This document shows, piece after piece, positions 43,568 to 57,144 of a stretch of DNA of 64,000 nt (the first letter of the stretch is position 1; each line of letters starts with the position of its first letter). Made by a program: the position numbers and the translations under genes. The notes beneath the pieces were generated by a model. It did no database searches, was not told the origin of the DNA, and worked only from the letters and a program-made list of their open reading frames with translations. This DNA comes from the human T2T-CHM13v2.0 reference genome, Homo sapiens, in NCBI RefSeq assembly GCF_009914755.1, contig NC_060926.1. One strand, 5' to 3'.

Positions 43568-46165
43568 AAAGAAAAATCCTTATTAAAGACTTTTCAAAAT
43601 AGAACTCTTAAATAGTAATTGATAGCACTTTACCTCTGTTTTCCTGATAAAAAAAATTCTAAAAGAATAAAAACAATTTCATCCTGCCTCCATATTATAA
43701 CCAGAATAATTGAAATAATATGCTTCAATTGATAGTAAAGTAGCATTTATGTTTTTGGATCAATGAAGCTAAGCCAGCACTAAGAATTTTCTTACTATTC
43801 CTCCACTACATTACAGTTACTTCCTCATCCCTATACATACCGCAATAATGAGTCGGCTACATCCATTTAGATTATCAACCCAACCCTAAAAGAAAGAAAA
43901 TTTCCATTGGTTACACATTTCAGAAAATTGTTGTATCTTTGGAACATCTGCCGTCTAATCTTAATAAATTTCAAACAAGGGCACTGAGACTCCAGCCGAT
44001 AGAACTATCTAATTCAGTATGATTAAGATCCCAAAGATCAATGGCAAAGCGTTGGCTATTTTCTGCAGTTTGTGCAAGAATTAAAATTTGGCCAGGATTG
44101 TTGTTTGTAGCAGGAGTCATGAATGGTTTTGTGGCGTTTTATGACAACTTAAGGGCTACAATGGACCTTGTCCTTATATCATGATCTGCTAAGCAATTCA
44201 CCAACCATACTTCACCTCATTCCTGATTTTAGCCTCCTTAGGAGAACATTGAAAACATGATTGGTAATAATGTGTATTGACTTGCTTAAAGATGTTACAG
44301 GAAAGATTATGCTTAAGAGTAGTTAGAGGGAAATGTATTTTTCAGTTTGTTTCCTAAGCCCTAAGCCGTCTCTTTACCTTACAGTATAAAAGTCGAAATG
44401 CGTATAATGGGAGACCAGATATACGGGAAGAGAAGATGAAGGGACTAATATTCGTTGAGCCTTTTAGTAGGGATCTACCTTTTACTAGAGATTGAGCACT
44501 CCTCATACATTGTCTCATTAAACCAACTCTCCAAAGTAGTATCTGTCCTGTTCTACCGAAAGAACAACTCAAAAATGTTGCATTGCCAGTAAGTGGTGGA
44601 GCTGGAATGTATCTGCCCTCAAAGCTTCACGGACTTGCTTTGAAGAAGATGGTATAATTCAAAGTACTTTCAAAAGGACATAGCAGTATACTGAGGTTAA
44701 AAAAAATTAGTACTCCCAAACTGAGATCCTTCTGTGAGCTTTGTAACCCTGGCAGTTAGTTGCAATACTACCAATTTGGCCATCAAGAACATTCTGATAT
44801 GTTTAAGCTACAGTGGGAAAGCCAAGATATGAAAACATCACCCATGGGAATTTTGAGACTAGAGTAGTTAGAAGCTAATTTAAGATCTCCATCCAACTCT
44901 AAGATAGGGTAACTGCCAGAAGAGCCGCATGATCCCAAAGTGGAATTTTGCCCTAGTATAATGGGTTAATATTTGATTGGCTGCACTTAGCTATAAATCC
45001 TGAGGAGAAGAAGAAGAAGAAAGACATCAGAAAATAATTGGGCTAGAAGAACCTTAGTTTGAAAGCAAAACACAGAATCCAGGTAAGTGGGCTTACCAGG
45101 AAAAGCTGGTGCCACGTTGCTCCGCACAATGCAGGGCCTTAGGATGGCAATGGTTAGGTTCCTGCTCTCCTGCTGCACCACCATTTCTCCCAAGGCCTTG
45201 CTACAGGTCTAAGTATTGGGACAATCTCCAATCCGCTTGGGAGTGATCTCGTCAATAATGGCGTTGTCTATACATAAAAGGTAGTCAGAGTAAAAAGAAT
45301 TCTAGCAACATGTGTTAGACAATAGACCAAAAGGAAAATGTGAGACACAGTCAAACAAAACTTCCACCTTTTAGCCTTGGTTCTGGAATTCAGAACAGTC
45401 ACATGATACCAAGTTTGAGCGCGTACCTGTCCAAAGCATGCATGAGCTCTTTTGTCTTCACTGCTAAGCCCAATCTTACAGTCAAATCCTATGCCCTCCC
45501 ATCCAGACAGGTAGGTAGGTAGACGGATAGAATCAATAGCGATGCCACTTTATTACTACTACTAGTATAGGGCTATTAGTACTACTTTAGCGCTACTATT
45601 ACTTTGTCAGTACTGATTACTACCTTATCTGTAGTAGTATTAATTTGAGGTAATTACATACAACCTCTTTACTTCCTTTCCAACAAGCTCGTAAGTACAT
45701 TCATTGCACATATTTTTGAGTCCCAATCATTCTCCCAGTAGTGTGCTGGAAGCTGTGTTCAGGGAGTTTGAGGCTCTCCTCCAAGGTGTTTCAGTGGCAG
45801 CCCTGTTCAGTGTTGTCCTATAGAAACCCAGTGCAGTGATCCTGAAGAGTTTAGCTTTACATTTTAAAATTTTCCTTCAATGCAAATCAAACCAAGGTGA
45901 TTACTTTTGGCAGACTGACAATCTGTTTTACCAAATCTATGTAATGCATTTTGAAGGTCTGTTTAGAGTCTATGATAACAAATTGCTAATTATTTCCAGA
46001 GATTTTCAATGAATTCTGAAGTCTGTCAAGTGTGGTGATTATAGTACTCTGAAATTGCTTCAAAACCATGAATATTGAATACTCCTACTTACAAGATGAC
46101 ATGTATCATGTATAACTGAGTTACCATAGCATCAGCCTAGTCTTTCTTAAAAATATGTCAGAACC

Positions 46166-46461
46166 AGCCGGGCACAGTCACTCATGCCTGTAATCCCAGC
46201 ATTTTGGGAGGCCATGGCGGGCAGATCATGAGGTCAGGAGATTGAGACCATCCTGGCCAACATGGTGAAACCCCGTCTCTACTAAAAATACAAAAATTAG
46301 CTGGGCATGGTGGCGTGCGCCTGTGATCCCAGCTATTCAGGAGGCTGAGGCAGGAGAATCACTTAAACCAGGGAGCAAAGGTTGCAGTAAGCTGAGATCT
46401 TGCCACTGCACTCCAGCCTGGTGACAGAGCAAGACTCCATCTCAAAAAAAAAAAAAAAAAA
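46166..46461 (+). mobile_element. Alu (AluSc-like)
   Basis: Dimer; gtcagaacca repeated on both flanks. Confidence 0.95.
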
Positions 46462-47369
46462 GAAGTCAGAACCATTTGATAACCCCAAAATCTATCTACA
46501 ACTCTCTGAGAGAGCAAAAAAAATTATTGTCAATTAAATATGCAACATGTATTCTAGCTGACAGATCTATGTGGTTAAATTGTTAATATAACATAGCTTT
46601 TTAAAAATTAAGCTGTCGGAATATGCTAGGGTGATTTTTCTGATCAATGTGGTCCATTTATTTCTATTTTATACAACAGAACATAACTATACTATTTTGA
46701 TTGTAGAAAATCTTCACTGTTACCACCTTGCTGACATGACACATTTTTGAACAACTAAGATGTACATGAGGTTAAGACTCATTCAGAATCACAACTCTCA
46801 ATATTAATGCCTCATTTGATCCTGGGGTAGAACATGGGCATTGACCATTATGTTTCCATTTTTCTTCCTTTGCTTCTGAGTGCTGAGTGTCTTCTGGATA
46901 CTCAAATGTCTTTTCATTTAAGTTGAATAGAGAAAGATTGAGGGGTTCTAGAATTAAAAACTTAAACTACATAGAAATATCAAGGATATTTTAATTATAT
47001 GGTCACCTGGGGGCTGGGAAAGAGCATAGGATGATTCATACATCTCTCAATCTTAACAATAATCCTACCGTTACCTCATTTCATTTCTGTGTCAACAGTG
47101 GATTGACTGACCTAAGACCATTTCCCCTCAACTGCAAAACTATACAGTTTATGAAAACCAGGTCTTGAGGGAATAGAGCTTAATTTCAATAAGTCTGTAA
47201 AGAAAAAATTCCTAGAAAACATCAGAGCCCAAAAATGTACTGGGATTGTATGTCAGATGGCTAGTACCAGTTGCTGTCATTAATGTTGGGGCAGCCGGAA
47301 AGGATAATACTTGGAGGGATGGGGGCCTTATAAAGCTTAGTGAGTTTCCTTGTATTAGCAAATGTTGGG

Positions 47370-47678
<309 letters not shown>

Positions 47679-48006
47679 AAAAAATTTTGGTTTTATAGAT
47701 TTCTAACAACACACATGGAAGAAATTTTAATATTCTATAGATGGCTTACCTCTGCTACTCTTAGCTGCACCTGTATTCCACTGTTTTATATTCTCGTTCC
47801 AATTTTACTTGTGAAAATGGCAATAATTATATTCATTCTAAATTCTCAGGTTATGAGGGTAGACAAAAATATTCACAACTGCATTTAAGTTGTTTGATAA
47901 AACAAAATGAGCCAATAAACCTAAGGCACTCCTATTTTTAGATAAAACAATCAGAGAGCATCATATATCTGTGTACGTAATAGTTGGTTTTAAAATGTCA
48001 TTTCTG

Positions 48007-48305
<299 letters not shown>

Positions 48306-49677
48306 GTAAAACAAATAAAAATAAATTATCATTTATAATGCAGCCAGACAGGCCATCTGCTAGCTCATTCAGCCAGTTCCTAGGTTCAGACAGGAGATTA
48401 GTGTAAACATGCACATGCACTGATTGGGCAAAGCCCTTCTCAGGACTTTCATTCAATTCAGGGTTGCTGCTGTTGTTTGTTCTCAATATGTTTTTAAACA
48501 GTAAATAAGTTACCATGGATAAAAAACACTATATAAACCAAAATACATGTCTGAAATTAATCCAAATGTTCTTCAGTATACTCAAGAAGATGTTTTGACC
48601 CAGGGGTCTCAAATACTAAACTCGAATTGCTTCAGAAGAAGCATAAAGTCATTGAAAATTTCAGAAAGCAATATGTATGTCTATGTATGTACATACATAG
48701 ACACATATACAATTTCTTCCAAAGATTACTATCAATTTTGCTTTCAAACTTATTGAATCAACATGATGATATCATTGATGGTTTCATTATTTATGTATTT
48801 ATGGAATGAAATACTAAGAAGCATATGGATTTCCCCTCCCCTGACCCTCCAATTTTATCTCATTCAACAAGTTGGCAAGCCTAGTGGTTTATGAGGAAAT
48901 CTGTTAGAGAGTAAGTAGTGGACACACTGTCTTATGATAACGTTTGCTCTCTCTTTCTCCAGTCTAAATTATATAATTCACTTGATTGTTGTAGTTATCA
49001 AGTTGTATTTGTTCATCTGTCTGTCTCCCCACTGGACAGTGCGTCCAGGAGAGCAGGGATTATGATTTTTATCTCTGTGTCTAATCACTTTTCTGCCCCC
49101 AGGAGCCAGCTACCTTATTCAGTAAATGGATGCTCTTCCACATGGTAATCTTGATTGGCCAATTTCTGTACTATATAAGGTTTTGGGAAGCAGAGATGGA
49201 CAATGATGAGACAGAGTGGATATACTCAAAAAAAGACAAGGTTGTAGGGAGAATGCAGGAAAGGAAGGAAGGGGGTATCTTTGTAGAGCAGGTAGCAAAA
49301 TTGGAAGTCAAAGTGTCCAGTGGCAGTGGTGAAAAGTGTTGACCAACCTCGGTTTGATGAAGGTGGCGTGAAAGTCAACTTAAACTTTTCACTGGGAAGC
49401 AGGATATTTCTGAGCCTAATGCTTATGGAGAATTGGCCTCTGTATTTCCCTCCAGACTTTCATGAGGCACCCGGCTTGGCCCAAACATGAGCCAGATGCT
49501 GAATGGCCTGCCAATGCCTGCCAATGTGAAAATTATTCAGTTTGGTTAAGAAACAATTTACTCATATTCTGGTTTGTATTTGAAGCCTGCTAATATCAAA
49601 GTACACAGAATTTTCATTTTTATGTCAGCTACTTAGATGTCATTTTGAAGCTGTGCCACTATGAAATTAAAAACACA

Positions 49678-49954
49678 GGCCGGGCACAATGGCTTATGCC
49701 TGTAATCCCAACACTTTGGCCAAGGTCAGGAGTTGGAGAACAGCCTGGCCAACATGGCGAAATCCCATCTCTACTAAAAACATAAAAATTAGCCAGGCAC
49801 ACTTGCGGGCACCTGGAATCCCAGCTACTCGGGAGGCTGAGGCAGGACAATAGCTGGAACCCAGGAGGCAGAGCCTGCAGTGAGCTGAGATCACCCATTG
49901 CACTCCAGCCTGGGAAACAAGAGCAAGACTCAATCTCAAACAAACAAACAAAAA
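49678..49954 (+). mobile_element. Alu (AluS) with left-arm deletion
   Basis: cactttggccaaggtcaggag junction. Confidence 0.9.
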
Positions 49955-50707
49955 GTACAAGTGCTAGAGTCAGCTTTCACCATTCCCCTAGAACAGATCA
50001 TCTTTTTCAGTGTTAACAATGTGTTCTATAGCAGGAAGTCAAGACTACTGTCCAAGGTCTGACCTCCTTTGATATCTCCTGGAGGGCTGTGATGAGGGCC
50101 ACTGCTGCTGGCTGTTGGGGTCTCCATTTCCCTGCCTCTCACCCCTGCACCTTCAGGGCACACGCCACCTTTCCTTTTTTACATGGCAGACTAGCTGTGT
50201 CTTCTGGTGGCCACGTAGCTTCAGAAGTGTGGTTTTTAGTAGGTACAGATCTACTAGGAACTTTCATTCAATTAAAGCTTCTAGGAACTGAAAGACAACA
50301 GGAGACAAAGAGAGCAGGAGAAAGAGGAAGCATGGGGTATTAGAAGATAAATGATCCTCTTTTCAAATGAAGACTGCTTAATGAAAAGTCTCCTTAAGGC
50401 ACAATTTCCCAAACTTGCCTGGTCATCAGTGTGAATTACACAAGGCCCCTGGGAAAAATCCAGACTCCTGGGTGCCATTTTAGAACCACTAAATACATCT
50501 GCAGAGGTAAGAGTCTGGATAATCTGTATTTTCAACATGGCCTGGAAATTCCAACTGTCAGGTAAATTAGGGAATCACTAATTTAAAAGAAGTCCACTCC
50601 ATCAACTTAAGTCGTTAAGATTTGAATATATCAGGATTAGCTCTCAAAAACACATTGCTTCTTGGAGTAAACATTTCAACAGAATTGAATTTTAAAATTA
50701 TTAAATC

Positions 50708-51380
50708 CCCTAATGCTATCCCTCCCCCACTCCCCTAGCCCCCCACCCACTGACAGGTTCTGGTATGTGATGTTCCCCTCCCTGTGTCCATTTGTTCTCA
50801 TTGTTCAGCTCCCACTTATGAGTGAGAACATGTGGTGTTTGTTTTTCTGTTTCTGTGTTCGTTTGCTGAGAATGATGACTTCCAGCTTCATCTATGTTCC
50901 TGCAAAGGACATGAACTCATCCTTTTTTATGGCTGCAGAGTATTCCATGGTGTATAGGTGCCACATTTTCTTTATCCAGTCTATCACTGATGGGGATTTG
51001 GGTTGGTTTCAAGTCTTTGCTATTGGGAACAGTGCCGCAATAAACATATGTGCGCATGTGTCTTTATAGTAGAATGATTTATAATCCTTTGGGTATATAC
51101 CCAGTAATGGGATTGCTGGGTCAGATGTATTTCTGGTTCTGGATCCTTGAGGAATCACTACACTGTCTTCCACAATGGTTGAACTAATTTACACTCCCAC
51201 CAACAGTGTAAAAGCGTTCCTATTTCTCCACATCATAATGTAGCACCGAATGTAGATGAGTGCCTAATGTAGATGAGAGGTTGATGGGTGCAGCAAACTA
51301 CCATGTCATGTGTATACCTATGTAACAAACCTGCACGTTCTCCACATGTATCCCAGAACTTAAAATATAATAATAAAAAA
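50708..51380. mobile_element. L1PA 3' end with 5' inversion: minus ~50708-51233, plus ~51263-51380
   Basis: The two pieces are adjacent in the L1 3'UTR consensus (...gatagcattagg | cctaatgtagatga...). Confidence 0.85.
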
Positions 51381-52117
51381 GATTGAAAATTTAAAATTTT
51401 AATACAAAATTAGGACTTAGTTATTTGCAAAATACACTGTATTTTCAATTTGAAAAACAAAGGGTTATTGTATGTATTATCAATAAAGTTATATAGTTTC
51501 TCATAAAAATAACATTAATAATGGAAAATTCTAAAAGGAAAATAATTAAATTTATTTTAGGACAATTTAAAAATGTATCTGTCAATTTTAACATGAAAAT
51601 TCTCTTACATTTATACATCCCACATTCTAATAAGGACTAATTTTTATGAGCAGTAAAGAAATGTGTGTATGCGTGTCTGTATACTTACAGGTATATATCT
51701 GTTTCTGTGAAAATCTCTCTTTTAGAGTCAGAAAATCTGTTTGGTCCCAGTTCTTACTAATAATATATGATCTCACTAAAGATACTTAAATTCAATAAAC
51801 TCAATAAACTTTACTCTTAATGAGGTAAGAATGAGAACACAGGTGCCAGCCATGAGCTGCGGTTCCACTGGCACAGGCTTCAGAGATCCTACCTTTAACA
51901 TCCTCCTTTCATTCATTTGAGCCTGATAAGAAAGTTGTCTCTTGGGAGAGAAGCAAGCATACACCTTGGGGCCAGACAGCCCACGGTCAAAGTTGAACTC
52001 CACCACTGTTCAGCTGTGTGACTTTGGGCAAATGACTTTTCCTCTCTGATCCTCATGATCCTTTTTGGTAAAAACAGCAGAATGACAGGTCTATGAAGAT
52101 TGGAGGAAAGAAAAATG

Positions 52118-52470
52118 TGTGTCTTAGTTTAAGTTTCCTGGAAGTAGATCCTGAGGCAAAGATTCAAGTATAAAAATTTTATCTGGAGATGACTCCAGGA
52201 CAGTAATTCTACTGCCAGTTCTTCCTTAGAGTACTAATTGCAGGCAACACCAGTAGAGGAGTGGGGAACTGAGACAGGAATGGAATGTAGCAGTTAAAGG
52301 GACCTTCATCAAGAAAGTTTCCACTGTGGGCAGCCAGGACTCAGCCCTGCCGGGTACCTCTGAGAGACAGCATAGAACATGTGCCTCAGAGTCATCCCAC
52401 CCAGAGCAAGGGAGCTGGGTTATTTATCCACCAATACACACCAGTCACTCCTCAGGGCTTCTTCCAAGGA
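52118..52470. mobile_element. ERVL-type LTR (LTR33/LTR16-like)
   Basis: tgtcttagtttaagtttcctggaagtagatcctgaggcaaagattcaagt...agagtcatcccacc. Confidence 0.55.
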
Positions 52471-52606
52471 CATGATTCCTCCAGAATGCCCTGCCTGCAC
52501 TGCAAGAATGAGACCTGGAGGGTCAATGGCAAGAGCCCTGACAGCGCCTCCAGCAGTGAGCAGGACCACAGCCTGGTGTGGAGAGTTTCAGTCCCTCAGT
52601 GACCCC

Positions 52607-52692
<86 letters not shown>

Positions 52693-52717
52693 TTCTTTCT
52701 CTCTCACACACACACAC
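52607..52717. repeat. Compound (CA)n/(CT)n microsatellite
   Basis: Seen directly. Confidence 0.97.
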
Positions 52718-53192
52718 CATACTCCAACACCAACAGAGAACATACATACATACACATACATGCATAGATGACTGTTACCCACTTACATCCTGGTGAATCC
52801 ATGGGAAAGAAGATAAGGTGGGAATCAGAGGGAAAAGCAAAATTAAGGGGAGTGAGGGTCTTGGGAACAAAATGAAAATATAGGCAGAAAATCAAGGGGG
52901 AAGAGTGGTCTGGACACCAAACGCCTGCTGGCTGGCACCTGCTCTACATACACTGTCAGTCATTCTCCAAGCAACCTCGTGGAGTCGAAGGAATTCCCCT
53001 CAATTAGAGATGGCAGAAATGTAGTTCAGAAAAGAAAACTGATTTTACTAACTGATTTTACTGCTTCTGGGTTCTGCTCCTTTTCTTGCTAGGCAATCAT
53101 GACAGAATTGACAAAAACATTTTCCCCCTTCACCACCCGGAGCAGAGCCAATGAGAGGGGCTGGGGAACAGGCCATGAGGCCCTGCACCCAC

Positions 53193-54166
53193 CATTCAAT
53201 GTCTTCAGGATTAGGACTCTTGCATCACAGGCTGGCAGCACTCCCGATGTCTGGGTGTTTTGTGAGGTTGTACAGGATCTAGTAGAGGCCACTGGCTCTG
53301 CTGTCATATCCTAAGAGGCAGCCAGGCAGACTTGGGTCTCTTGGCTGCTTCAGCACCAGAGGATGAACAGCGCCCATACACTGAGGCTTTCGGGAGAATG
53401 GGAGGAGGGAAAGGAAGGGCAGAATGGAGTGATGTAGGGTCCATCCATCATATCCCTGGATGGAGAGACCCCTGTTCCCACAGTAGTCCCACACCGGGAC
53501 CACCACCAGCACTCATGAATATGCCAGCCTCCATTTATATGTCCTCGTCTGACAACTCCTTCCCATTTTCATCCTGGAGGCAAGACTCTGAACACACTAG
53601 CTCTGAGGACACCTGTGTGTAACCTGAGACAGTCCCTGAAGACCTTTCATCCAAGCAGGATCCCTCCCTCGCCATCTCCAGACCTGCCCCACAAGCTCCC
53701 TCCCTGGTCTCCTGGCTCTTGTTCACTCCTTCCAGGCAGGCTTCTACAGTCATCTCGAAAACATAGCTGACTGTCACTCCTTTATCCAGCATCTTCCATG
53801 GCTCCCCAGAGCCCTCCAGATCAAGTTCAAGTACCTTGATCAGACACTTGATCTCAAGCTCCATTCTACCTCCTGAATTAAGATCCCGGAGAAGCCACCT
53901 TGCTCAGCACAAGCGCATCAATGAAGTCCGAAGCCTTGAATGTGGCCTTGGCCTTGAGGAAGTCATCAACACCCTGGCTAGTGAGGGTGCGGTGCTGCTG
54001 CAAGATGATGGTGTCTGAAGTTGTGCACCAAGTCACAGGCCCTGCAGAAGCATTGCCCCTCAGGAATGGGTAGTACAGGAAGTCCCAGCACAGGCAGATC
54101 TGCTGACGCCGTTACACTATGAGGGTACTGAGCTCCAAGATGTCAGCAATAAGTTCACTGGCATTC
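53193..54166 (-). pseudogene. CYP4F62P: CYP4F-subfamily cytochrome P450 pseudogene fragment; exons 7-9 at 53899-54166, 53507-53573, 53193-53310
   Basis: NASELIADILELSTLIV*RRQQI...RACDLVHNF...QGVDDFLKAKATFKASDFIDALVLSK; DENGKELSDEDI*MEAGIFMSA; GYDSRASGLY*ILYNLTKHP...EDIEW; several stops and frameshifts; no ExxR or heme exon seen. Copy identity (62P vs 30P etc.) from memory only. Confidence 0.92.
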
Positions 54167-54530
54167 CTGCAGGGTGAGGCTAGGGAGAGGAAGCAGCTCC
54201 GTAACACATATGAAACTCTGGAAGCCCTTCCCAGCCAAAATCTCTGGACCACATTACACCCAGAAATGGGTGCCCTCTCAGCACACTTCTCTCTGCCTCC
54301 CTCTCTGAGCTGCCTCCTGGCCCCACATGCCCCAGCCTGGACCAGGGCTTGGAGCCCAGCAGGTGTTCAGTTCATGGTGTTGACTGCTTCCTGGCACAGG
54401 AGAGCCTTTGGTAGCTCTGTGACTCCTCCTGTGGAACCCCTGCCTCTGCCTCAGGACCTCCCTATTCCCATGGGAAGACCCCAAGGATTGCCCCACCTGC
54501 CCAGGGATCCTCCAACCCCATAGGCCTTAC

Positions 54531-56471
54531 TTGATGCCTTATCCCTCCCAGAACATGACATGTTTCTCACAAGGTGACTTATTTCCAAGGCCATCTGTGG
54601 ATGTTTGCTGGGGACCTCTTGCTCTTCTCCTTTATGATCTGTAGGGCAGGGCCAAGAGGAGAAACCAGCCCAACCTCAGAACAAACAAAGGCTCACTGCC
54701 ACAAATGGCAACCACCAAACAGTCAGCAGTGCTTCTGGGAGGAAAGGAGGTTTCATTCCGCACAAAGCTCCTTGTTTGGTTTCTTTCTGAATCCGGGGAG
54801 GGGTAGGTACCAAGCCCAGCTTACCTGTGGTGTCTACATTACCATCTGTGCCTAGGATGTGCAAAGGGCCCCTGCTCCCACCGAAGGGTTGACGTTCCCT
54901 CCAGCTGGAGACCTGGGCTCCTGACACCGCCTGGCCTGTTTGTCCTGCTCTGGATGAGCATGGAAAGGCTGTACCTGGTATTTCCCTAGGTCCTTGGTTT
55001 CTACCACCTAGACATCCAGCAGGAGTGACCATGTCTAGCACCACACCTGAAAGGGGACTCCCTTGTACAGCAGCCCAGACATCTACAGATGGAAGAGTGC
55101 TCAGTGAGACAGGCCACAGGGGTCCCCAGGGAGGATCAGGGGGTGGAGGATTCTGGAGGTTTCCAGCCTTGGGCTCTGTGGTTCCTCAAAGAGGTTAGGT
55201 CTACCTAGTACCAGGCCTCCCCTCCCACGATTCAAAGACTGAATGAGTGTCCAGCATCAGGAACTCTGTTCTGGACCTGTTTTTTCATTTAGGTCACCAA
55301 GGGACAACCCCTAACCCCTGAGCTAGGGATGGTCCAAGCTCTGGCATGAGATTTTCCTCCAGCAATGTGATGCTTACAGGGACAGGTAGAAAAGCTGGTG
55401 ACCAGGCCTGCTGTCCTCTGGGTAAGGAGTGTGCCACCCACCCTCTGAGATGCAGGTGGTGCCAGGCCACAGCACTGGGTGCCTGTACCCCTGGCTCTGC
55501 AGACACCGGTCATGGAGGTCCCTCCCTCCACATTACCTTCTTGCTGCTCCTAGATTTCTTCTAGTCATTAAGCACTTTGAGTCACTTTTCTGTGCATCCA
55601 ATTTTACATTTTTGCTCTCAGATGAAACAGAATAAAGTATGCTGAGCTGCCAGGATTCCTGGAGGGGACCTTGGATGCTGAGTCTTGGGATCCAGGGCCC
55701 TGATGGGACTGAACCAGAAGGAGCCAGGGAAGGACAAAGATTGGGGCTGAGCCCCTATGATTTGGGGCTCAGCCCCCAATGGCCATTGGTGGGCTGGCCT
55801 TATGGTCCCAAGACACCTTGTCCTCAGGCCAGAGGCACCATGGGCTTTGGTCGGGTCCCAGCCTCCCAGTAGTGTCCTGGCACTAGCAGGAGCTGACCCC
55901 TGAGCCACAACTGCAGTTCTGGGTTTGGGGTTTGGTAAAACCACCTCAAGGACAGAGTCTTGGGATCGGGTTTGCCAGGAACCATGGTGCCTCCCAGAGA
56001 TGGTGTGTCACTCCCACTCGCCACGAAATGTGCACACAGGCTGTCCCCATGTCCATCCCATCCCGCTGGACAGGATGGAGGAAGTCAGGGAACAGGCATG
56101 GTGGACAGCTGGGGTGCAGGGAGAGGCAGGTGCATGCTGGGAGGTCAGGCCCTGCGAGGGCTGTGGAGGCATCAGGTGGAGCGGGCTCCAGGTGCACCTT
56201 CAGTGTACTGGGCACGTCTGAGGCCAGGCTCACTGGACCCTGGATGTGTGATGTGGTCAATCACTGGGGGAATGTTGTCAGGTCCCAGACACCCACCCTG
56301 GGCAGCACTGTCTCATCTCAGGACTGGACTTTCTGAGTCCTAAGACAAGACAGTGCTGCCCAGGCCTGACAGCCTGGGAGGACCTGTTACGTCCTCCATC
56401 CCTAGACTAGCCTCCCAACAGCAGGGACAGTCTCTTATCTTCACCTTCAGGGAACTGACTGATCCATCTCA
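54531..56471 (-). pseudogene. TBC-domain (TBC1D3/TBC1D26/USP6-type Rab-GAP) pseudogene fragment; exons 56439-56471, 55537-55614, 54975-55082, 54531-54638
   Basis: QKCKIGCTEK*LKVLND*KKSRSSKK, MSGLLYKGVPFQVWC*TWSLLLDV*VVETKDLGKYQ and IIKEKSKRS...KHVMFWEG*GIK align with TBC1D3/TBC1D26 (KWxxMLxDWxKYxSxxK, YKGxP..W.LLL, IMKEKGKRSS...HIFFRDRYGTK); canonical AG/GT on three exons. Confidence 0.85.
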
Positions 56472-57144
56472 CTCTAAGCCAATCGAGGCAGAGCTGAGGA
56501 CCTGCACCAGTCTGGGAGCCAGTCCCCTCCCCAAATGGGCCTGAGGGAAGCACCATCCCTGTCCCAATCTGCCACAAGTTTCAGCCCAGGAGACACATGG
56601 GGAAGGGAGGACGGGGCATCCCTGCTGGCTGACACTGGAAAAGTGGGACCTGGGAGAATGGGGAGCACAAGGCTGGCAGGGGATGCTCCAGGCCCATGGA
56701 GAGCTCAGGCTGCACCATGGGGTTGCCCCTCCTGGGTGGAGGCTGTGCCCTCTACAGGATCTGAGGAAGTCCAGTCCTGAGATGGGACAGCGCTGCCCAG
56801 GGTAGGTAGCCGGGACCTGAGAGCAGTCCCCCAGGGAGTGACCACATCACCTGGCTGGGGTCCAGGGAGCTTGGGGTGAGACCCACCCAGTGCACTGAGG
56901 GTGCACCTGGAGCCCAACCCACCTGACACCCTCACAGCCTTCACAGGGTCTGACGTCCCACCATGCACCTACCTCTCCCTGCACCGCACTGCCCACCCTG
57001 CCTGTTCCCTGGCTTTCTCCATCCTGTGCAGCCCATAGACTGTGACCATCTCTCCAGACACTCTGACCCTTTCTTCACCTTTGTCCTGTCAGAATCTCTG
57101 AGCAACATCTCCCAGGTCCATCCAAACAACTGCTTTGTCCACTT

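Noticed and set aside
45549-45642. TAC/TAG-rich low-complexity tract
   Set aside because: A decayed simple repeat with no further structure.
52379-52796. His/Thr and Cys/Val-rich ORFs
   Set aside because: Translations of the (CA)n/(CT)n microsatellite.
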